DNA of 26,652 nucleotides, taken from IMG/VR virus record IMGVR_UViG_3300021483_000005. One strand, written 5' to 3'. This DNA is from a virus. Within the stretch, counting starts at the first letter, position 1; the number at the start of each line of letters is the position of its first letter. Shown piece after piece: positions 23,055-26,652 of this stretch. The position numbers were made by a program, and so were the translations under genes. Under the pieces are notes generated by a model. It saw only the letters and a program-made list of their open reading frames with translations. It was not told the DNA's origin and did not search any database.

Positions 23055-25475
23055 TTAAACTTTTGCATTCCAATCTAACTTAATATTATTAGTTCCAGAT
23101 GGAGGAGCTGAAAGATAATTCACATAAATATTTGAAGTGTTGGCAGTAACATAAAAATCTCCACTAGCGTCTTCTGAGCGAGGAGTTACTTGTATATTCG
23201 AAGGAGTGCTAACTAATCCGTGGGAGATACTGAATTGCGTAGTTGAACCATCGCCACTAAAAGTTGCAGTACCTCTCTTTGATATGCAGTTATACCCACC
23301 TATCCATTCAATTTCGGGTGATCCTATTTTAATCAATTTCGTATCTACATCCATACCGAAATATGGTTCAATGATACCAACGTAACAACCGCCTCCCTCC
23401 TGTTTTACTCTGATACCACAAGTTTCTACTTCCCAATAACAGTTATTTAATACCACACCCTTGACATTTAAAAGACTAACTCCATATTTTCCTGGACCAA
23501 ATGCTACTGAAGTAATAACAGCCATAGTATTATGCATATATATATTTGTTGGGTTATAGTGAAGAACCGAATCCCTTATAGAAACAGGTTGAAGTCCTCC
23601 AGCCTCATAAAGTGAATACTGAGCAAATATACCACAAGTACTATTAGAATATATATTACAGCCTCCGATTTCTACATGGCAAGTATATCCCCCTATTTTA
23701 ATTCCTGAATCTGTAAAGTGGGCTATACTCAAACGCAAGAGTCTGGGACTTAATTGCCTAAACATTTTTATGCCGATTGGAGAAGTGTTATTACCATTTA
23801 AGACCATATAGCCGATTTCGATAAACTGGTTATACTTCCCAACTTCGCCGAGTTCTATCAGATTGTCACCCATTTCTGCTTTTAGAGTTGTTTTTCCCAG
23901 TTCACCATAAATTTTTGTATGACTAAGTCCATTTTTTATAGAAAGAGTCTCTTTGATTAAATACTTACCTCTAGCTATAAAAATAAAGCCACCCTGATCT
24001 ATAGCACTTTGAATGACACTTGCATCGTCCTCGTCAGCAGTACCTTGCGCTATTATATTTCCGCTTGCATCTTTAGCATAAACTCCTGTGTCGTCTTTAT
24101 AAACTATGACAGAATATGGTCCCAAATGTATTAAGTTATCGGGAATGATGATACCTGAAAAGTTACCTCTAAGTGCATAAACATTCTTCCATCTTTTATT
24201 CGAATTCCCTAAATCTTGCCAATTGTTAATGCTTGGTATAATGTGAGCATTGCTGATAGTAATATCAACGTTCCCAGTGCCATCAGGAATCTCAAGACGA
24301 GGAAGGACGACTCCTTGTGACGTAGGTGTACTCATTAATATTCTTCCAGTACTACCGGGTGATAATTCTATCATAGCTACATTATCACCCTCTTCTGCTT
24401 TTAGGCTAAGACCATTAACCGAATCGCCCGATATGCTCCCGTCAACTTTGAGATCATTACCACACTCTACTATGTCTCCAGAATAAGAATCAATTGTATC
24501 TGTCTTCAAACCTGTCTCACACTGAAGCAGACCAGTCATTATTTGCGATCCATCTCGTGAGAGTTTTATCGAACTTAGATTTGCGATTTTAGTTGTGTTT
24601 GAGTCTATGCCAAATTGCAACGCTGAACAGTTGCAAGTACTCAGATTTTCTTCGAGATAATCTACACGTTCATCTAAATCTGATATGTTAGCACTATTTG
24701 TAAGTATAGCATCAGGAACTATCGTGCCTGAAAAATTACCTTTAACTGCATAAATATTTTTCCAACGTTTACTATTACTGCCTAAATCTTGATAATTATC
24801 ATCGTAAGGTACAATATGTGATTCTCTAATTTTTATATTAACAAGATCTTCTTTACCAGGAATCTCTATACGTGGTACAACAATACCATCTGAACGAGGA
24901 GTTTTTATAAATATTTTTCCATTAGCACTAGAACCATAAGGATACAAATTTATAGAAGGAGCTCCTAAACTAAAATCAGATCCGAGCCATAGTCCACTAT
25001 CTCCATCACCACCCAAGCTCTGATAGACTCTGAGCTGGTTTTGACAGTCAATAATAGATTGTGTGCGTGCCTTAATTATATCTGTTTTTAAACCAATGTT
25101 ACATATTAGCTCGCCTTCCATAGGCTGTGATCCATCTCTCGAAAGCTTGATGTCACTTAGATTGGCTATTTTATTAGCATTTGATGTGATATTTACTGAA
25201 TTGTAATAAATTTTTGTTGAATTTTTGTCTATTCCATATTGTAATTCTGAACAATTGCAACTCCCACCGCTACCACTGATATTCTTTTCAAGATATTCTA
25301 TTTCATCTTGTAAATTAGAATGAACAGTACGAGTTAATCTTACTGCATTACTCCAAATATATTCTAAAGTAGGATAACTATAAGAAGATGTAGAAGGCTG
25401 AGATTGATTACCTCCTTCAAACCATTCAGGATACAGATAATAATTGTTAGAATCAACCGGAGATTTCTTACTCAT
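23055..25475 (-). CDS. Tail fibre/tailspike-like protein with duplicated stalk, beta-helix domain and C-terminal beta domain
   Basis: Repeated SRDGSQxMxG and DLGxxxKRWKNxYA modules; pectate-lyase-like DDASVIQSAIDQGG...RGKYLI start; C-terminal GTATFSGDGSTTQFSISHGL. Confidence 0.8.
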   Translation of the reverse strand: MSKKSPVDSNNYYLYPEWFEGGNQSQPSTSSYSYPTLEYIWSNAVRLTRTVHSNLQDEIEYLEKNISGSGGSCNCSELQYGIDKNSTKIYYNSVNITSNANKIANLSDIKLSRDGSQPMEGELICNIGLKTDIIKARTQSIIDCQNQLRVYQSLGGDGDSGLWLGSDFSLGAPSINLYPYGSSANGKIFIKTPRSDGIVVPRIEIPGKEDLVNIKIRESHIVPYDDNYQDLGSNSKRWKNIYAVKGNFSGTIVPDAILTNSANISDLDERVDYLEENLSTCNCSALQFGIDSNTTKIANLSSIKLSRDGSQIMTGLLQCETGLKTDTIDSYSGDIVECGNDLKVDGSISGDSVNGLSLKAEEGDNVAMIELSPGSTGRILMSTPTSQGVVLPRLEIPDGTGNVDITISNAHIIPSINNWQDLGNSNKRWKNVYALRGNFSGIIIPDNLIHLGPYSVIVYKDDTGVYAKDASGNIIAQGTADEDDASVIQSAIDQGGFIFIARGKYLIKETLSIKNGLSHTKIYGELGKTTLKAEMGDNLIELGEVGKYNQFIEIGYMVLNGNNTSPIGIKMFRQLSPRLLRLSIAHFTDSGIKIGGYTCHVEIGGCNIYSNSTCGIFAQYSLYEAGGLQPVSIRDSVLHYNPTNIYMHNTMAVITSVAFGPGKYGVSLLNVKGVVLNNCYWEVETCGIRVKQEGGGCYVGIIEPYFGMDVDTKLIKIGSPEIEWIGGYNCISKRGTATFSGDGSTTQFSISHGLVSTPSNIQVTPRSEDASGDFYVTANTSNIYVNYLSAPPSGTNNIKLDWNAKV
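24138..25259 (-). repeat. Intragenic tandem duplication (about 183 and 166 aa units)
   Basis: Unit 1 24711-25259 (CNCSELQYGID...GNFSGTIVPD) and unit 2 24138-24635 (CNCSALQFGID...GNFSGIIIPD). Confidence 0.85.
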
Positions 25476-25478
25476 TCC

Positions 25479-26585
25479 TTACTTATATTCTAATACAATC
25501 GAAGTTGAAGATATTTGACTACAATTTGATATTTTTAATTGTATGCCATTATCTGTTTCAATTATGTGTATAAAACTTTCATTATATCTATATCCACCTG
25601 CACTTCCTAAACTATAAGTCTTTTCATAATTCCACCCTTTAGCATCATCAATTGTTACTTTAATATAACCATTAGAAGCAGAAGTTAACATCATGAGTTT
25701 ATAGCCTATAAGGGTTACTGTTGTATTGAATTGATACATTGTAGAAACTGTACCTGCACCTAATAAATATTTATCGCTTGAAGATGGATTTTCGAGATAG
25801 AAAGGCATAATTCTTGGTACTTTAACTATACTCGCATTTACTTCTTCAAAATAACCTTTTACAATATGCGACTCACTCCATCTATTTCCAGGGCTTCCCA
25901 GACCTAATTCATTATCACTACCAGGAACCAAATGAGCATTGTAAATCGTTACCCAACTGGTTTCATATCCACCCCATATCCAAATTCGCCATTTTTCACT
26001 TCCAGGTTCGGTGGATACACCTGGAGTGGCAATCAGGACGCTACCTTTATAATCTCCGTGGTCACCACGATAAAGCTGGATGTAAGGATGCGGATCCAAA
26101 ACGAATCCTGCTCTAAACAACAATCCATTATTCCCGAATAGGTATTCATCAATTTCTAAGGGACAATCGACTGTTAGAACAGTATCAGGCCCTAAACTAT
26201 AAAGAGTGTTAAAAAAGCCACCTTGAGCATAAATTCTCTTCCAAGACCTATCTGACTTACCTAAATAAAAAGTTCCATTAGCAGACGGAATTAAATCACC
26301 ATCAATTTGAATTGACCCATTTTGAGTGTTTAAAATGGTAGTTTTTAACCCTGTATTGCATATTAATTCACCTGTCATCGGTAGTGACCCGTCACGTGGA
26401 AGTTTTGTTGCACTAAGATTATCTATGTTGTTACTATTAGTGTAAATACTCGTGGTATTCGCATTTATCAATGTCTGTTGATATGAAATGTTACCTTCAT
26501 TTGTGATGATACAATCTCTTATAGCATTCAATCTCGCTGCATTTATAACAGTAACATAATCTTTCCAAACATCTAAATCAGCCAT
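25479..26585 (-). CDS. Tail fibre-like protein
   Basis: N-terminal WKDYVTVINAARLNAIRD attachment-type motif; shares KLPRDGSLPMTGELICNTGLKT and LVPGSDNELGLGSPGNRW modules with the neighbour; AGGAG ribosome-binding site. Confidence 0.75.
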   Translation of the reverse strand: MADLDVWKDYVTVINAARLNAIRDCIITNEGNISYQQTLINANTTSIYTNSNNIDNLSATKLPRDGSLPMTGELICNTGLKTTILNTQNGSIQIDGDLIPSANGTFYLGKSDRSWKRIYAQGGFFNTLYSLGPDTVLTVDCPLEIDEYLFGNNGLLFRAGFVLDPHPYIQLYRGDHGDYKGSVLIATPGVSTEPGSEKWRIWIWGGYETSWVTIYNAHLVPGSDNELGLGSPGNRWSESHIVKGYFEEVNASIVKVPRIMPFYLENPSSSDKYLLGAGTVSTMYQFNTTVTLIGYKLMMLTSASNGYIKVTIDDAKGWNYEKTYSLGSAGGYRYNESFIHIIETDNGIQLKISNCSQISSTSIVLEYK

Positions 26586-26586
26586 T

Positions 26587-26652
26587 TTATTTTAAACTCC
26601 TAAATATTGTACTTAAAGATTTATAGCTTCTTCCTAAGTATAATGTAGTAAA
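26587..26652 (-). CDS. 3' end of an upstream structural-arm gene (partial)
   Basis: Open frame to the window edge (FTTLYLGRSYKSLSTIFRSLK) stopping 1 nt before the next start. Confidence 0.4.
   Translation of the reverse strand, partial: FTTLYLGRSYKSLSTIFRSLK

Larger units (their letters stand above)
1..26652. mobile_element. Segment of a probable archaeal tailed virus or provirus genome
   Basis: Tail-fibre-like genes, YopX, DUF5131-like, PD-(D/E)XK nuclease and dozens of short overlapping ORFs together with archaeal-type PCNA and ERCC4; no cellular housekeeping operons. No terminase, capsid or integrase in the window, so free virus versus provirus cannot be decided. Confidence 0.85.

Noticed and set aside
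23055-26652. Diversity-generating retroelement acting on the tail fibre genes
   Set aside because: No reverse transcriptase in the window, and the repeats are protein-level duplications with many non-adenine differences, not a TR/VR pair. A DGR outside the window is not excluded.
1-26652. tRNA, rRNA or other structured RNA genes
   Set aside because: No GC-rich stems or T-loop (GTTCRA) in a cloverleaf context seen by eye; tRNAscan/Infernal were not run.

Overview
AT-rich (roughly 30% GC by eye), gene-dense segment of what is most likely a head-tailed virus (or provirus) of an anaerobic archaeon. The archaeal host is inferred from an archaeal-type PCNA, an ERCC4/XPF nuclease, a RadA/RadB-like ATPase and TATA-like elements; anaerobiosis is inferred from a class III ribonucleotide reductase. 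Bases 1-23000 form a + strand, largely translationally coupled early/middle arm. It covers recombination (RadB-like ATPase, ERCC4, PD-(D/E)XK nuclease), nucleotide supply (NrdD, dCTP deaminase, DUF1599-like, metallophosphoesterase), a DUF47/PhoU-like protein coupled to a ClpP-like protease, and an ATP-dependent RNA-ligase-like gene split at its active-site motif by a LAGLIDADG intein. It also has a DUF5131-like radical SAM protein, two transglutaminase-like Cys proteases, PCNA, and many small paralogous zinc-finger, coiled-coil and membrane proteins. This arm converges on a - strand structural arm with two tail fibre/spike genes. The main unexplained structure is a ~104-bp pseudo-palindromic element (31-bp arm, 41-42-bp spacer with a TATA-like core, inverted 31-bp arm). 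It occupies all four non-coding gaps of about 100 bp or more in the + arm, and two copies bracket the PCNA gene. Several small genes carry +/-1 or 2 indels at homopolymers (possible long-read errors), so some ORF-track calls are corrected here. All family assignments are from motif recognition by eye; no database search was run.
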